A stretch of 64,000 bases of DNA from an uncultured Candidatus Saccharibacteria bacterium (GCA_964415895.1 CAYQCC010000001.1:119073-183072), one strand, 5' to 3'; numbered from the stretch's first letter, positions 29,209 to 39,803 are shown. Notes: generated from the letters alone by a model not told the origin. A program made the numbers and translations.

Positions 29209-30471
29209 TTATTTTCCGACGAACTCTTTTCCAATATATTTTTGTAACACTTCAGGAATTTTGATTGTTCCGTCAGCTTGTTGATAGTTTTCAAGTAATG
29301 CAATTAGAAATCGTGGCGTTGGTGCCATTGTTGAATTCAATGAGTGTGTGAATCTCAGTTTCCCTTCTGCATCTTTATAACGGATGTTCAAACGTCGTGT
29401 CTGGAAATCGTGAAAATATGACGCTGATGAAATCTCTCGATACATGTTTTGCGATGGAACCCATAGCTCAACATCATATTTCTTTACTTGTCCTTGACCC
29501 AGATCACCACCACAGTTCAATACTACACGATATGGAATTCCAAGTTTCTGTGCAAGTGTCTCAATGTTTGCATTTACTTCTTCATGAAAATGAACTGATT
29601 GTTCGTGATTTGCTTCACATAATACAACTTGTTCTACTTTCATAAATTCATGAACTCGATACAAGCCTTTCGTGTCTTTACTATGACTTCCTGCTTCTCG
29701 GCGAAAACATGGACTCCATGCAACAATTTTCTTTGGAAGATCTTTGATATCTAAAACTTCGTCACTGTAGTAGGACATTGTTGCGACTTCGGCAGTTCCT
29801 GCAAAATAGTCATCGTCCTGTGTTCGATACAAATCATCCTCACCACCTGGCAAGTATCCTGTACCCATTAATGTTTTCTTTGAAACAAGTGATGGAACCA
29901 TCATTGGCATATAACCTTTTGCTCGGAGTTCATCTACTGCAAATTGCCATAGCGCAAATGATAGCAGCGCCCCTTCATTTTTTAAGAAATAGCCGCGGAA
30001 CCCCGAAACTTTCGTTCCTCGTTCGAAATCTGCCAAGTCATGCATTTCAGCAAGTTCAATATGAGACTTTGGAGTAAAGTCAAATTGCGGCTGCTCACCT
30101 TCTTGGCGAATTTCCACATTGTCTGCATCACTATCACCTTCTGGTACAGAAATGTCAGGAACGTTTGGAACAGCTAACATCATGAATTGCCACTGAGTCA
30201 TTGTTTCTTTCAATGCGTCTTCATTCTTTTTCAAGTCTTCTTTTAAGATAGTCATTTTTGCAATCAAATCAGCTCGTTCATCAGCAGTAGCTGATGGAAT
30301 TTTGTCTGATACAAGGTTTTGTTCAGCACGTAATGATTCAACCAATGATAGTTTTTCAAGTCGTTTTTGATCAACGGAAACAAGTTCGTCCACATTAAAA
30401 TCAATGTGCTTTTTGCGAGCAGCTTCCTTAATAAGATCCGGGTTTTCACGGATGAATTTGATGTCTAACAT
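29209..30471 (-). CDS. serS: Serine-tRNA ligase
   Basis: MLDIKFIR, GTAEV, CFRREAGS, RVHEF.KVE, EISSAS. Confidence 0.97.
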   Translation of the reverse strand: MLDIKFIRENPDLIKEAARKKHIDFNVDELVSVDQKRLEKLSLVESLRAEQNLVSDKIPSATADERADLIAKMTILKEDLKKNEDALKETMTQWQFMMLAVPNVPDISVPEGDSDADNVEIRQEGEQPQFDFTPKSHIELAEMHDLADFERGTKVSGFRGYFLKNEGALLSFALWQFAVDELRAKGYMPMMVPSLVSKKTLMGTGYLPGGEDDLYRTQDDDYFAGTAEVATMSYYSDEVLDIKDLPKKIVAWSPCFRREAGSHSKDTKGLYRVHEFMKVEQVVLCEANHEQSVHFHEEVNANIETLAQKLGIPYRVVLNCGGDLGQGQVKKYDVELWVPSQNMYREISSASYFHDFQTRRLNIRYKDAEGKLRFTHSLNSTMAPTPRFLIALLENYQQADGTIKIPEVLQKYIGKEFVGK

Positions 30472-30560
30472 ATGCGAGTGAGTATAGCATATTAGCTTAA
30501 AAAATAAAGACGACTGATTTTATTATAAATTTATAATCACGTGCTATTTTAGGTTTCATT

Positions 30561-31415
30561 ATGCAATTCCCTATTAACAATCTTCCAATTCCAGAACCAC
30601 TTCTTCATATTCCACAAGCTCCAAAGCGGTTATCTATTCGCGGAACATTCCCAGACATGAAAAAATTCAAATTCCTAACAGTTGTTGGTTCACGTAATTA
30701 TACAAGCTATGGCGAAGATGCTTGTAGGACACTAATTGCAGGACTGAAAGGTTATCCTGTTGTAATTGTTTCGGGTCTTGCAAACGGTATTGACCGGATT
30801 TCGCACGAAGCAGCGCTTGATACAGGCTTAATCACCGTATCGTTTCCTGGGTCAGGACTTGACGATACGGTTTTATACCCAAAAGCACAGTACATGCTTG
30901 CGATGCAAATCCTAGATTCAGGTGGCGCATTAGTTTCAGAGTTTGAAAATGACTTTCGTTCCACGTTATGGTCATTTGTTCAGCGAAATCGTTTGATGGC
31001 AGGATTATCACATGCAACATTAATTATCGAGGCAAAACATAAATCTGGAAGTAGAATCACTGCAAAGCTCGCGACTGATTATAATCGCGACGTGTTAGCA
31101 GTTCCAGGAAATATTTTTTCGGAAAACTCAGAAGCAACAAATGAATTAATCAGAATGGGCGCAACACCAATCACAAGCTCGGCAGATATTTTAGAAGCGC
31201 TCGGTTTTCAAATCACAGAATCAATTCCAGCAGACTTATTTTCACAGTGTAGTCCAGATGAGGAATCTGTTATTAGTTTATTAACCAGCGCAAAACCTCG
31301 TGGTGAACTCATGCGTGAAATGAATATTCCAACACATAAAGCAAACATACTACTTTCACAAATGGAACTAAAGGGATTGATCAAGGAGGTTGGTGGTGAA
31401 ATTAGAAGAATATAA
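30561..31415 (+). CDS. dprA: DNA-processing protein DprA
   Basis: VGSR, VSGLA.GID, F.QRNR, AVPG, winged-helix tail. Confidence 0.95.
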   Translation: MQFPINNLPIPEPLLHIPQAPKRLSIRGTFPDMKKFKFLTVVGSRNYTSYGEDACRTLIAGLKGYPVVIVSGLANGIDRISHEAALDTGLITVSFPGSGLDDTVLYPKAQYMLAMQILDSGGALVSEFENDFRSTLWSFVQRNRLMAGLSHATLIIEAKHKSGSRITAKLATDYNRDVLAVPGNIFSENSEATNELIRMGATPITSSADILEALGFQITESIPADLFSQCSPDEESVISLLTSAKPRGELMREMNIPTHKANILLSQMELKGLIKEVGGEIRRI

Positions 31416-31440
31416 AAACAGCACTAGTGCTGTTTTTATA

Positions 31441-31719
31441 TTAGGAATTTCCTAGCTTCCTTAAAATTTCTTGTTTTATTCTTTCGAGATCATCATTACC
31501 ATACTCTTTAGTTTCTTGCTTCTTGTTCAACAGGCTTTCTGTGGCTTCCAAAACAAGTCCACCATTAACAGTGTTTGTAAAATTCTCATGATCCGCATCA
31601 TTAATACGCTCGCCGTTTTGCACCTTCCCTGCAACATCTCTAATTGTGTCATTTAAAGAAACACCTTCCTTATTCTTTTGTTTTAAGGCCATTGTTAAAA
31701 AATCAGGTACTTCTGGCAT
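31441..31719 (-). CDS. Hypothetical protein
   Basis: 92 aa; TTGATT-17-TATAAT promoter. Confidence 0.6.
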   Translation of the reverse strand: MPEVPDFLTMALKQKNKEGVSLNDTIRDVAGKVQNGERINDADHENFTNTVNGGLVLEATESLLNKKQETKEYGNDDLERIKQEILRKLGNS

Positions 31720-31981
31720 ATAAATAGGTTATATCATAAGATTACTAATAATAAAATTATACAATACGCAATTCTTCAAATCAAGTATTTATTAAGTTTG
31801 ACAACAAAATGAAATAGGAGTAATTTTATACTAGGTACAAAAGAAGCCTCATTCTATGAAGGAATTATCCGGGAGATGGCAATTAACTTCTCCAGAAGTA
31901 ATAGAATTAAGCGCAACTGGCAGCAGTTGCGTTTTTTTGACAACTGAATATTGACATGGTAGTTTACTAAAAATTTATAGT

Positions 31982-32323
31982 ATGGCAGCAAATAAAATTT
32001 TAAAGTTATTTTCAACACTAACGAGTGACTCATTCTTTGAGTGTCCGGAACTTCTTCCAGGATGTACATTCGACGGAAAAGAATGGCGTTACATGCAAAA
32101 TTCCAAACTAAGCCTTGGATATGCAAAAACAATCAACAATGGTATTACAACGGAAAAGGTAGTTATTTTTGATATTAAAGGATCGCAATCAACTGATAAA
32201 AGATTTATTAAAGGTGTCGCGACAAAAAACAATCATACTACAATACCAGCATCCGCTAGATACCAAAAGATGTGGCTTCCTATATTAAAAAGGTTTAGGT
32301 TCATTTTCAAAAACAAAATATGA
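31982..32323 (+). CDS. Hypothetical protein (ORFan)
   Basis: 113 aa; TTGACA-17-TAGTTT at 31937. Confidence 0.55.
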   Translation: MAANKILKLFSTLTSDSFFECPELLPGCTFDGKEWRYMQNSKLSLGYAKTINNGITTEKVVIFDIKGSQSTDKRFIKGVATKNNHTTIPASARYQKMWLPILKRFRFIFKNKI

Positions 32324-32406
32324 AAGGCTGGATGATAATGATTGTTCAGCCTTTTATAATGCAAATTTGCCAAATCAATACTATATATGGTATGTAGTAA
32401 AACATT

Positions 32407-34857
32407 ATGAAACTTCTGATTGTCGAGTCACCTTCAAAAGCAAAGACTATAGAGAAATACTTGGACGGAGAATATACCGTTCGAGCATCAATCGGACACG
32501 TGCGCGATTTGCCGAAATCAAACAAAGACGCCATTGATATTCCTGGCGGCTTTATTCCTCGTTATGAGATTTCTGTTGGAAAACATCGCGTAATTTCAGA
32601 ATTACAAACGCTTGCTCGAAAAACTGAAGAAATCATCCTATCACCCGATCCCGACCGTGAAGGAGAAGCAATTGCGTGGCACTTGAAAGAAATCTTGAAT
32701 GATAAATCTATTAAAGCGCCGATTAAGCGCGTGACTTTTAACGAAATTACAAAGGAAGCGATTATTGAAGCACTTAATCACCCACGCGATATTGATGTTG
32801 AATTGGTTCATGCACAGGAAGCTCGACGAGTACTAGATCGATTGGTTGGATATGATCTATCAGGATTGATCTGGAAAAAAGTTCGTTACGGTCTTTCTGC
32901 TGGACGAGTTCAATCACCTGCGCTACGGATCATTATGGAAAAGGAACGAGAAATCCGCGCATTCGTTCCAGAACAATACTGGACGATCGAAGGATTATTT
33001 TCTGCGAACAAGAATCAGTTCCCACTTTCATGCTCAGAAGAACCTCGCGAATTAAAAGAAGTTGAACGAATCCTAGAGCTTGGTAAAAAGCATGATTGGC
33101 ACGTAACTGATATTAAAACATCAGAACAAAAACGAACATCACGTGCACCATTTACAACTTCAACACTTCAACAAACGGCAAGTACTCGACTTGGTTTTTC
33201 ACCATCGCGAACCATGCAAGTTGCACAAAAATTGTACGAAGAAGGTCATATTACGTACATGCGTACAGATTCAACTAACTTATCTTCCCAAGCTCAAGGT
33301 CACATTCTGTCGTATGTTCAAAAACATTATGGAGACGAGTATGTTCAACCAAAAACGTACGCAACAAAATCAAAGAACGCACAGGAAGCCCATGAAGCAA
33401 TTCGTCCTACACACATTGATCATAAGATTGCTGGATTTACAGAAGAACAAAAAAGTTTGTACAAATTAATCTGGGAACGAGCTGTTTCATCACAAATGAG
33501 TGATGCAAAAATGTTAAAGACTAAATTAATTGCAAACATTACAACAAATAACATTCCAGATTTTTCTGCAAATGGATCACGAATTCTATTTCCAGGATGG
33601 CTTATTGTTGATACTGCCGCACGCGGTGAAGATGTTGAGCTTCCAAAAGTATCGGTAGGTCAAAAAATTGACCTTGTAGAGCTTGAAGCAACTGAAAAAG
33701 CAACGCAACCACCTAACCGTTATACGGAAGCTGGACTGATCAAGGAATTGGAAGAACGCGGAATCGGGCGACCATCAACGTATGCATCAATCATGCGAAC
33801 ATTGGAAGAGCGCGATTATGTAAAAAAAGAAGGACGTACATTATATCCAACCGATACTGGCGATGTTGTTTCAAGCTTCCTTGAGACAAACTTCCCGACC
33901 TATATTAGTGATACGTTTACCGCGGAAATGGAGAATGAGTTGGATGAAATTGCAAATGGTGAACGTCAGTACGCAAAAACTCTTTCAGATTTCTACGGAC
34001 CGTTTTCTGCAGAAATTCTTGAGAAAGACAAATTGGATAAGGCAACAAACCTTGGTGACGCACCTGCAGAATTTCCTTGTCCAAAATGTGGCGCACCAAT
34101 GATTATTAAACTTGGACGAAGTGGAAAATTCCTATCATGCGGTCGTTATCCAGATTGTGATGGCGCATTGACTATGGATGGTCAAGAAGTTGGAAAAGAA
34201 AAGCCATTTGGAGTTCATCCAACGACTGGCGAAAATATTTATTTAATGTCAGGACGATTTGGTGCTTACGTTCAACAAGGAGAAATGCCTGAAAAACCAA
34301 AGCTTACAAAATTTCCAAAAGGTCACAAGAAAACTGCGGAAGATAAGGAACTGGTAAAACGTGAAAAAGAAATGATCGAGCAAGCAAAAGATCTTCCCAT
34401 GCCGCGTCGCGCATCACTTCCACCAAAGATGAATCCTTCAGACGTTACAATGGATATTGCATTGAAATTGCTTGAATTGCCACGCAATCTTGGAACTGAT
34501 CCAGAAACGAATGAATCGATCATTGCAAACGTAGGACGATTCGGACCTTACGTTGGACGAGGTCGAGACTTTCGATCAATCAAGAAACCGTTTGATGCAT
34601 ATGGAATCACATTAGAACAAGCGCTGACATTGTTAAATACTCCGAAGCAATTACCAAAAGGAACTGAGCTGATTACAACATTTGTACATCCAAAAACAAA
34701 ACGTGAAATGCAAGTGTTGAAATCAAAATCTGGTCACTTTATCAAGGCTGGATTGAAGCGAATTTATCTACCAGATAATCTTGATCCGACAAAAGCATCA
34801 ACTGACGAACTTGTTGCACTTCTTGGAATTGAGTCTGCAAAAGGAAAGAAAAAATAG
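32407..34857 (+). CDS. topA: DNA topoisomerase I
   Basis: IVESPSKA, DPDREGE, SAGRVQS, ITYMRTD, zinc ribbon, GRFG C-terminal repeats. Confidence 0.97.
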   Translation: MKLLIVESPSKAKTIEKYLDGEYTVRASIGHVRDLPKSNKDAIDIPGGFIPRYEISVGKHRVISELQTLARKTEEIILSPDPDREGEAIAWHLKEILNDKSIKAPIKRVTFNEITKEAIIEALNHPRDIDVELVHAQEARRVLDRLVGYDLSGLIWKKVRYGLSAGRVQSPALRIIMEKEREIRAFVPEQYWTIEGLFSANKNQFPLSCSEEPRELKEVERILELGKKHDWHVTDIKTSEQKRTSRAPFTTSTLQQTASTRLGFSPSRTMQVAQKLYEEGHITYMRTDSTNLSSQAQGHILSYVQKHYGDEYVQPKTYATKSKNAQEAHEAIRPTHIDHKIAGFTEEQKSLYKLIWERAVSSQMSDAKMLKTKLIANITTNNIPDFSANGSRILFPGWLIVDTAARGEDVELPKVSVGQKIDLVELEATEKATQPPNRYTEAGLIKELEERGIGRPSTYASIMRTLEERDYVKKEGRTLYPTDTGDVVSSFLETNFPTYISDTFTAEMENELDEIANGERQYAKTLSDFYGPFSAEILEKDKLDKATNLGDAPAEFPCPKCGAPMIIKLGRSGKFLSCGRYPDCDGALTMDGQEVGKEKPFGVHPTTGENIYLMSGRFGAYVQQGEMPEKPKLTKFPKGHKKTAEDKELVKREKEMIEQAKDLPMPRRASLPPKMNPSDVTMDIALKLLELPRNLGTDPETNESIIANVGRFGPYVGRGRDFRSIKKPFDAYGITLEQALTLLNTPKQLPKGTELITTFVHPKTKREMQVLKSKSGHFIKAGLKRIYLPDNLDPTKASTDELVALLGIESAKGKKK

Positions 34858-34909
34858 TAGTAAAAAAGACTTGTCTAACGACAAGTCTTTTTATTGTATG
34901 GAATAGGAT

Positions 34910-35263
34910 TTAATTCATATTCCAAGTTTTTGTTTTTTCAAAAATCGTTCCTCTTCTGGTTTTCGTACTATAATAAAAAATACGTTCTTCAGAATGTTTT
35001 TGATTATTCATTTCTGTAATGGTACATTTTCCAATCCATGATTCAGTAGAACCATCTTCACGCCCAACTAATGAGAACGTGACATAAAACACTTTTGAAA
35101 TATTCATGGAATGAAGTGTTCTTTGTTCCAAAGGTGTTTCATCGATTGAAAGTTTTACGATTTTTTTATCAAACAGACTTGCTTGGAAGTCATACTTTGA
35201 TGGGCCATTTGTGATCGTACACAAGTGAGCTGGCAGAATTGTTTTTTTCGGACTAATTACCAT
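34910..35263 (-). CDS. Hypothetical protein (ORFan)
   Basis: 117 aa; TTGACT-17-TATAAT promoter with a 12-aa uORF. Confidence 0.65.
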   Translation of the reverse strand: MVISPKKTILPAHLCTITNGPSKYDFQASLFDKKIVKLSIDETPLEQRTLHSMNISKVFYVTFSLVGREDGSTESWIGKCTITEMNNQKHSEERIFYYSTKTRRGTIFEKTKTWNMN

Positions 35264-35400
35264 AACGATAATATTTATTTTTTTAAAGAAGTGAGTGAGG
35301 TTACGACCCTCGTTCTACGTCGCTGAATAACTCAGTCATATGGGTATTATATCATAATAATATAATATAGTCAATAACAGAAAATAGCCTTACGTTAAGG

Positions 35401-35937
35401 CTATTTTGCTAAGATTGTTTCCCCGTCAATCACTGTCTGACCTACCTGAATTTGCAATACTCTTCGTTTTGGAACCATGACAACAACTTGTGAGCCGAAC
35501 AAGATCTTTCCATAAATATCACCTTGATTGATTGGGTCACCAATTTCAAACATGGTTCGAATTCTACGCGCAACCTTTCCTGCAACTTGCACCACACCAA
35601 TATGTTCTGTGTCATTTCCAAACACTGTAACCACTTTTTCGTTCTCGTTAATAATATCAAGTTCATGTTTTCCAAGTGCATTGATATGTTTTCCATCAAA
35701 TCGCTCTACGCGCATAATAGTACCAGTAATCGGAGCACGTTGAACATGTACATCAGTGAGGTTCATTTCGATCACAATTACATGCATCGGCTCAGCGATT
35801 TCTGGAATTGATACGTGATTTACTACACCATGTTTTTTAAACACAATATCAGGCAAATCTGTTTCCTGAATTTCAATTACTCTTCCGTTTGCTGGTGATA
35901 CAATGTGGTCACCAATTGTTATTACTCGTTCAACCAT
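35401..35937 (-). CDS. psd: Phosphatidylserine decarboxylase-related proenzyme
   Basis: VSPANG, DVHVQRAP, NE, QVAG.VARRI, FGSQ self-cleavage motif. Confidence 0.85.
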   Translation of the reverse strand: MVERVITIGDHIVSPANGRVIEIQETDLPDIVFKKHGVVNHVSIPEIAEPMHVIVIEMNLTDVHVQRAPITGTIMRVERFDGKHINALGKHELDIINENEKVVTVFGNDTEHIGVVQVAGKVARRIRTMFEIGDPINQGDIYGKILFGSQVVVMVPKRRVLQIQVGQTVIDGETILAK

Positions 35938-36010
35938 ATGGCTTATATTATACCAAAAATCTTTATTTTAAAAAGTAAAAAAAGCCGACTCTTTATCGAG
36001 TCGGCTTTTA

Positions 36011-37129
36011 CTATATCTTGAATTCCAGAACATCACCATCTTTTACTATATATTCCTTTCCTTCTGTTCGAACCAATCCTTGCGCTTTTGCATTTGCAAA
36101 TGAACCTGCGTTTAATAGGTCTGACCAAAATATGGCTTCGGCACGGATAAATTTAGTTTGAAAATCTGTGTGGATTGCAGCCGCTGCAACCGGTGCTGTC
36201 GAATTTTTTGCAATTGTCCATGCGCGGGTTTCAACTTCGCCTGTTGTGAAATATGTTTCCAATCCTAATAATGTATATGATTTGGTAATCAGTGTGTTAA
36301 TTCCATCATCATGCGCTTGATCTGCTTGCAGCATTGCTCGCATTTCTGCTTTTTCATCACCTTCAAAATCAGATAGTTCATGTTCAACTTTTGCATCGAT
36401 AATCACCCATTCTGATCCCATTGATTCAATCATTGAACATAGTTTTTTAAATTCTTCAGGATTTGCTGTATCCAAGTTTTCTGCACCTGCTCTTTTATTT
36501 AATCCATAAATAAACTTCTTTCGAGTTAACAAATTTAATTGTTTTGCAATCTTTTCCTCGTCTTCGTTTAACTCAACTGTGTTGGCCATTTTTTCATCTT
36601 GTAACGCTTTCAAGATTTTTTCAATAATAGATTGTTCTAAAATTGCAGTCTTGTTTCCTTGTTTTACATCACGAACAATATTAGCGGCTCGCTTTGTAAC
36701 TGTTTCCAAGTCCGCCAAAATTAATTCTAAATTAATAACACCAATATCACGAATCGGATTCATATCGCCGTACACGTGATTAATCATTGTTCCACCACCA
36801 GAAACAGGAAAAATGCGTACCATTTCTAGGATCGCATCCGTTTCTCGAATATGTGATAAGAACTTGTTTCCAAGACCTTCACCTTTACTGGCACCTTCTA
36901 CAAGTCCTGCAATGTCTACGAACTCGATTGCTGCGGGAATCGTCTTATTAGTTTTTGAAAATTCTGCCAATTTGTAGAGTCGTTCATCAGGTACTGCAAC
37001 AATACCGACGCTTGGGTCGATTGTGCAGAACGGATAATTTTCGGCTGGAACGCCTTTTTTAGTTAATGCATTAAACAATGTTGATTTTCCAACGTTTGGT
37101 AAACCCACGATTCCAAGAGAAAGTTTCAT
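36011..37129 (-). CDS. ychF: Ribosome-binding ATPase YchF
   Basis: GLPNVGKS, NYPFCTI, DIAGL, EGKEYIVKDGD. Confidence 0.97.
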   Translation of the reverse strand: MKLSLGIVGLPNVGKSTLFNALTKKGVPAENYPFCTIDPSVGIVAVPDERLYKLAEFSKTNKTIPAAIEFVDIAGLVEGASKGEGLGNKFLSHIRETDAILEMVRIFPVSGGGTMINHVYGDMNPIRDIGVINLELILADLETVTKRAANIVRDVKQGNKTAILEQSIIEKILKALQDEKMANTVELNEDEEKIAKQLNLLTRKKFIYGLNKRAGAENLDTANPEEFKKLCSMIESMGSEWVIIDAKVEHELSDFEGDEKAEMRAMLQADQAHDDGINTLITKSYTLLGLETYFTTGEVETRAWTIAKNSTAPVAAAAIHTDFQTKFIRAEAIFWSDLLNAGSFANAKAQGLVRTEGKEYIVKDGDVLEFKI

Positions 37130-37162
37130 ATGTGCGTTACTATAGCATGTTTTCTATGTGAT

Positions 37163-38413
37163 TCAAGCTCGTTTTGCCCTTGGAGCCCTGTACTCTGCGA
37201 TTAATCCTTTCATTGTTAGTGTCATTTCATCTTTTTGATGGTTTGCAAGAACACTTTGTAGTTCTTCATTATCTTGAGCTAGCTTTTTAATCGAAGAAAT
37301 TACTTCGCGATATTCGTTTGAAATCCCTGCATGATATTCATACGAGAAATCGGCAAGCAACTCGCATGCAATCAATACCTGCTTTAAGACAGTTAATTTT
37401 TGAGAACTATGTTTAAACTTTTCAACAACTTCTGCATTATCATTTCCTTTTACAAATTTTGCTATTTCACGAACATCTTTCACAGTAAAATTCAATATTA
37501 TCTTGGGTACTGAAAATTCTTGCATCATTTCACCTTGATCATTTGTAAAATACTTAATATTTAAATTATTTGTTTTTATATCGTCAAGCAAATCAAATAA
37601 TTTTTGTTTGTAGACTGGACTGTGGATACCTGTATAAGTAACGTCAATTCCAAGACCGAGAAAATTATCTTTTTCAGCGTCTTTTTTAAATTGCAGTACT
37701 CCATCAAAACCTCCAACAAAATCATCAAAACGCGACGTATACTGAACACTTATATTATTGCCATACCAATGAAGTTTTGAAACTGCGTATGCAAGCGCTC
37801 GTTCAATGATAGTTGCAATTTTCTTATTCTTTTCAGTATGCTCTATTTTATCACGTTCTTTAAACCTTCTTTCTAACTTAACAAGTAAATCAAAATCTTG
37901 ATCAACCTGCTTGCTGCCTCCACGAATAAGACCTGCTTCAGCAAATGCATTGTAATAGTCCTTATCTTCGACAGGTTTTTCTTGTTCCAGCGATAGTGCC
38001 ATTTCATGAACTATGTCGACGATATCCTCATCAAAAATATCCTTGATGAATTTCTTGTTTTCTTCTATTTGCTTATATACGTCTTCATCAGTGATAAGGG
38101 TATAACGATGCGGACGAAATGAAACAGTTTCGTCTTCTGGTTTTATAGAGTAAATTATTTCTTCTTCCACATGTTCACTAATAATTCCTTGTTTTTCAAG
38201 TTCGTCAAAAACCTGTTCTGCAGTAATATCAAAACGGAGTACTTTACTATTTGTTATAAAATCTTTAATTGAGTCTTTTGTTTGCAAGTTTTCAAAACAG
38301 GTCGGATTCTTTACAGCCCATGATTTGAATTTATCTGTAATCATTTCTGCCTTTGTTTCAAAGGTGTCTTGCTTTTCAGTACTATTAAGCTCAAACTTAA
38401 ACATCGTATTCAT
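37163..38413 (-). CDS. Hypothetical protein
   Basis: 416 aa; DD..GGFD...LGIDVT may be a PD-(D/E)xK-like core (weak). Confidence 0.7.
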   Translation of the reverse strand: MNTMFKFELNSTEKQDTFETKAEMITDKFKSWAVKNPTCFENLQTKDSIKDFITNSKVLRFDITAEQVFDELEKQGIISEHVEEEIIYSIKPEDETVSFRPHRYTLITDEDVYKQIEENKKFIKDIFDEDIVDIVHEMALSLEQEKPVEDKDYYNAFAEAGLIRGGSKQVDQDFDLLVKLERRFKERDKIEHTEKNKKIATIIERALAYAVSKLHWYGNNISVQYTSRFDDFVGGFDGVLQFKKDAEKDNFLGLGIDVTYTGIHSPVYKQKLFDLLDDIKTNNLNIKYFTNDQGEMMQEFSVPKIILNFTVKDVREIAKFVKGNDNAEVVEKFKHSSQKLTVLKQVLIACELLADFSYEYHAGISNEYREVISSIKKLAQDNEELQSVLANHQKDEMTLTMKGLIAEYRAPRAKRA

Positions 38414-38462
38414 ATATAAAAGTGTAACATAAAAAGCCTAAATAGGCTTTTTATGTATTTCT

Positions 38463-38699
38463 CTATTTTCCAGCCATGATTTTCTGTAATTCTGCCTGAT
38501 GCTCACGCATAACAGTCATCATTGCAGCCTGCTCTCCAACACCTTGTTTTTTCTTTGCTTCAACCTCGCTTTGGATTTTTTGGAAAAATGCTGGGTTTTT
38601 TTCAACCAATTCCAAAATCATATCCATTTGGTCGTCTGAAACGCCAGCTGCTTTCAATTTAGATCCAAGTAATTTTTTTAATACGAATTTTTTAAACAT
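38463..38699 (-). CDS. Small helical hypothetical protein
   Basis: 78 aa, core-like codon usage, TGgTATGAT 8 nt upstream. Confidence 0.75.
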   Translation of the reverse strand: MFKKFVLKKLLGSKLKAAGVSDDQMDMILELVEKNPAFFQKIQSEVEAKKKQGVGEQAAMMTVMREHQAELQKIMAGK

Positions 38700-38792
38700 A
38701 TATGACCATCATACCAAACTTTTCATTTTTTGCGAGACATTGACATTTCAACCAGAAATGATAATTTGAGTGCAATAAAAAAATAATACCTC

Positions 38793-39104
38793 ATGGAAGA
38801 AAAACAATTGTACCAACAGCTAAACACAAAGTATCCTACAGCGCTTCACAAAATCATGCTATATGCCCTGGTGCGTCGACTATTACAGACAGAGCACGGT
38901 AAAGATGTTCCATGGCAAACCACAGGTAACACGATAGCGAACAAGAACGGTAGAACGGTTCTAATTTTAGACACGTCTGAAAATGCATCTCTAACTATGG
39001 AATTCGGCAACCAAGTCAGCGTAGGCAGTGACGAAGCTTGGAAAAAATTAAAAGAATCAAACAGTATAGTTACTGACCTATTTCCTGAACACACAATGGA
39101 TTAG
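38793..39104 (+). CDS. Hypothetical protein (ORFan)
   Basis: 103 aa; TTGACA-16-TAATTT at 38740. Confidence 0.65.
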   Translation: MEEKQLYQQLNTKYPTALHKIMLYALVRRLLQTEHGKDVPWQTTGNTIANKNGRTVLILDTSENASLTMEFGNQVSVGSDEAWKKLKESNSIVTDLFPEHTMD

Positions 39105-39179
39105 GTAAACAAACTTTATGAGAATAAGATAGGAATTGACTTATGTTAATTGCCTATCTTTTTTGTTATACTGACCCAT

Positions 39180-39803
39180 ATGACTCGCGCTGAACAACTT
39201 CTCAAACTACATCAGAAATATAATACTAAATGTAAATGTGTATTAAAAGAAACAGCAACACAGCCTGTTTTTGGAGATGGAAATCCAGATTCTAAAATTG
39301 TTTTTATTGGTGAGGCACCAGGGAAAAAAGAAGACCAATCAGGTATTCCGTTTATTGGTGCAGCTGGAAAATTTTTAGCTGAAATGCTTGCAAGTATCGG
39401 AATGACTCGTCGCGCTTCAAGCGACACTGCGCGACATGATTTTGCTAAATCAGACATTTATATTACTAATATTGTAAAATATCGTCCACCAGAAAATCGA
39501 GACCCTACACCCCAAGAGAAAAAAGATTGCGCCGATTGGTTAAAAGCGGAACTTGAATTTATTAAACCAAAACTGATTGTGTTTTTAGGACGTCATTCTA
39601 TGAATCACTTTTTTCCAGAGCTGAAAATATCAGATGCACACGGAAAGTTTATTCACGCAGAACTATCAAACTTCCCTATTCAAAACTTCTTACCTTTGTA
39701 TCATCCAGCTGCAGCGCTTTATAATGGTGGACTGCGTGCAGAACTTTTAAAAGACTTTGCACAGATTCCAGGAATTATTAAGAAAATAAAAACACAAGAT
39801 TAA
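39180..39803 (+). CDS. Uracil-DNA glycosylase family 4
   Basis: GEAPG..ED..G.PF.G.AG, ITN, RPPENR, YHPAA. Confidence 0.93.
   Translation: MTRAEQLLKLHQKYNTKCKCVLKETATQPVFGDGNPDSKIVFIGEAPGKKEDQSGIPFIGAAGKFLAEMLASIGMTRRASSDTARHDFAKSDIYITNIVKYRPPENRDPTPQEKKDCADWLKAELEFIKPKLIVFLGRHSMNHFFPELKISDAHGKFIHAELSNFPIQNFLPLYHPAAALYNGGLRAELLKDFAQIPGIIKKIKTQD

Noticed and set aside
31872-31893. Fluoride riboswitch (GGAGATGGCA)
   Set aside because: Lacks the 3' TGATG pseudoknot partner and a crcB-type gene
35275-35312. preQ1-I riboswitch (GGGTCGTAACC..A-rich tail)
   Set aside because: P1 too short, tail lacks the conserved CUA end, no queuosine gene downstream
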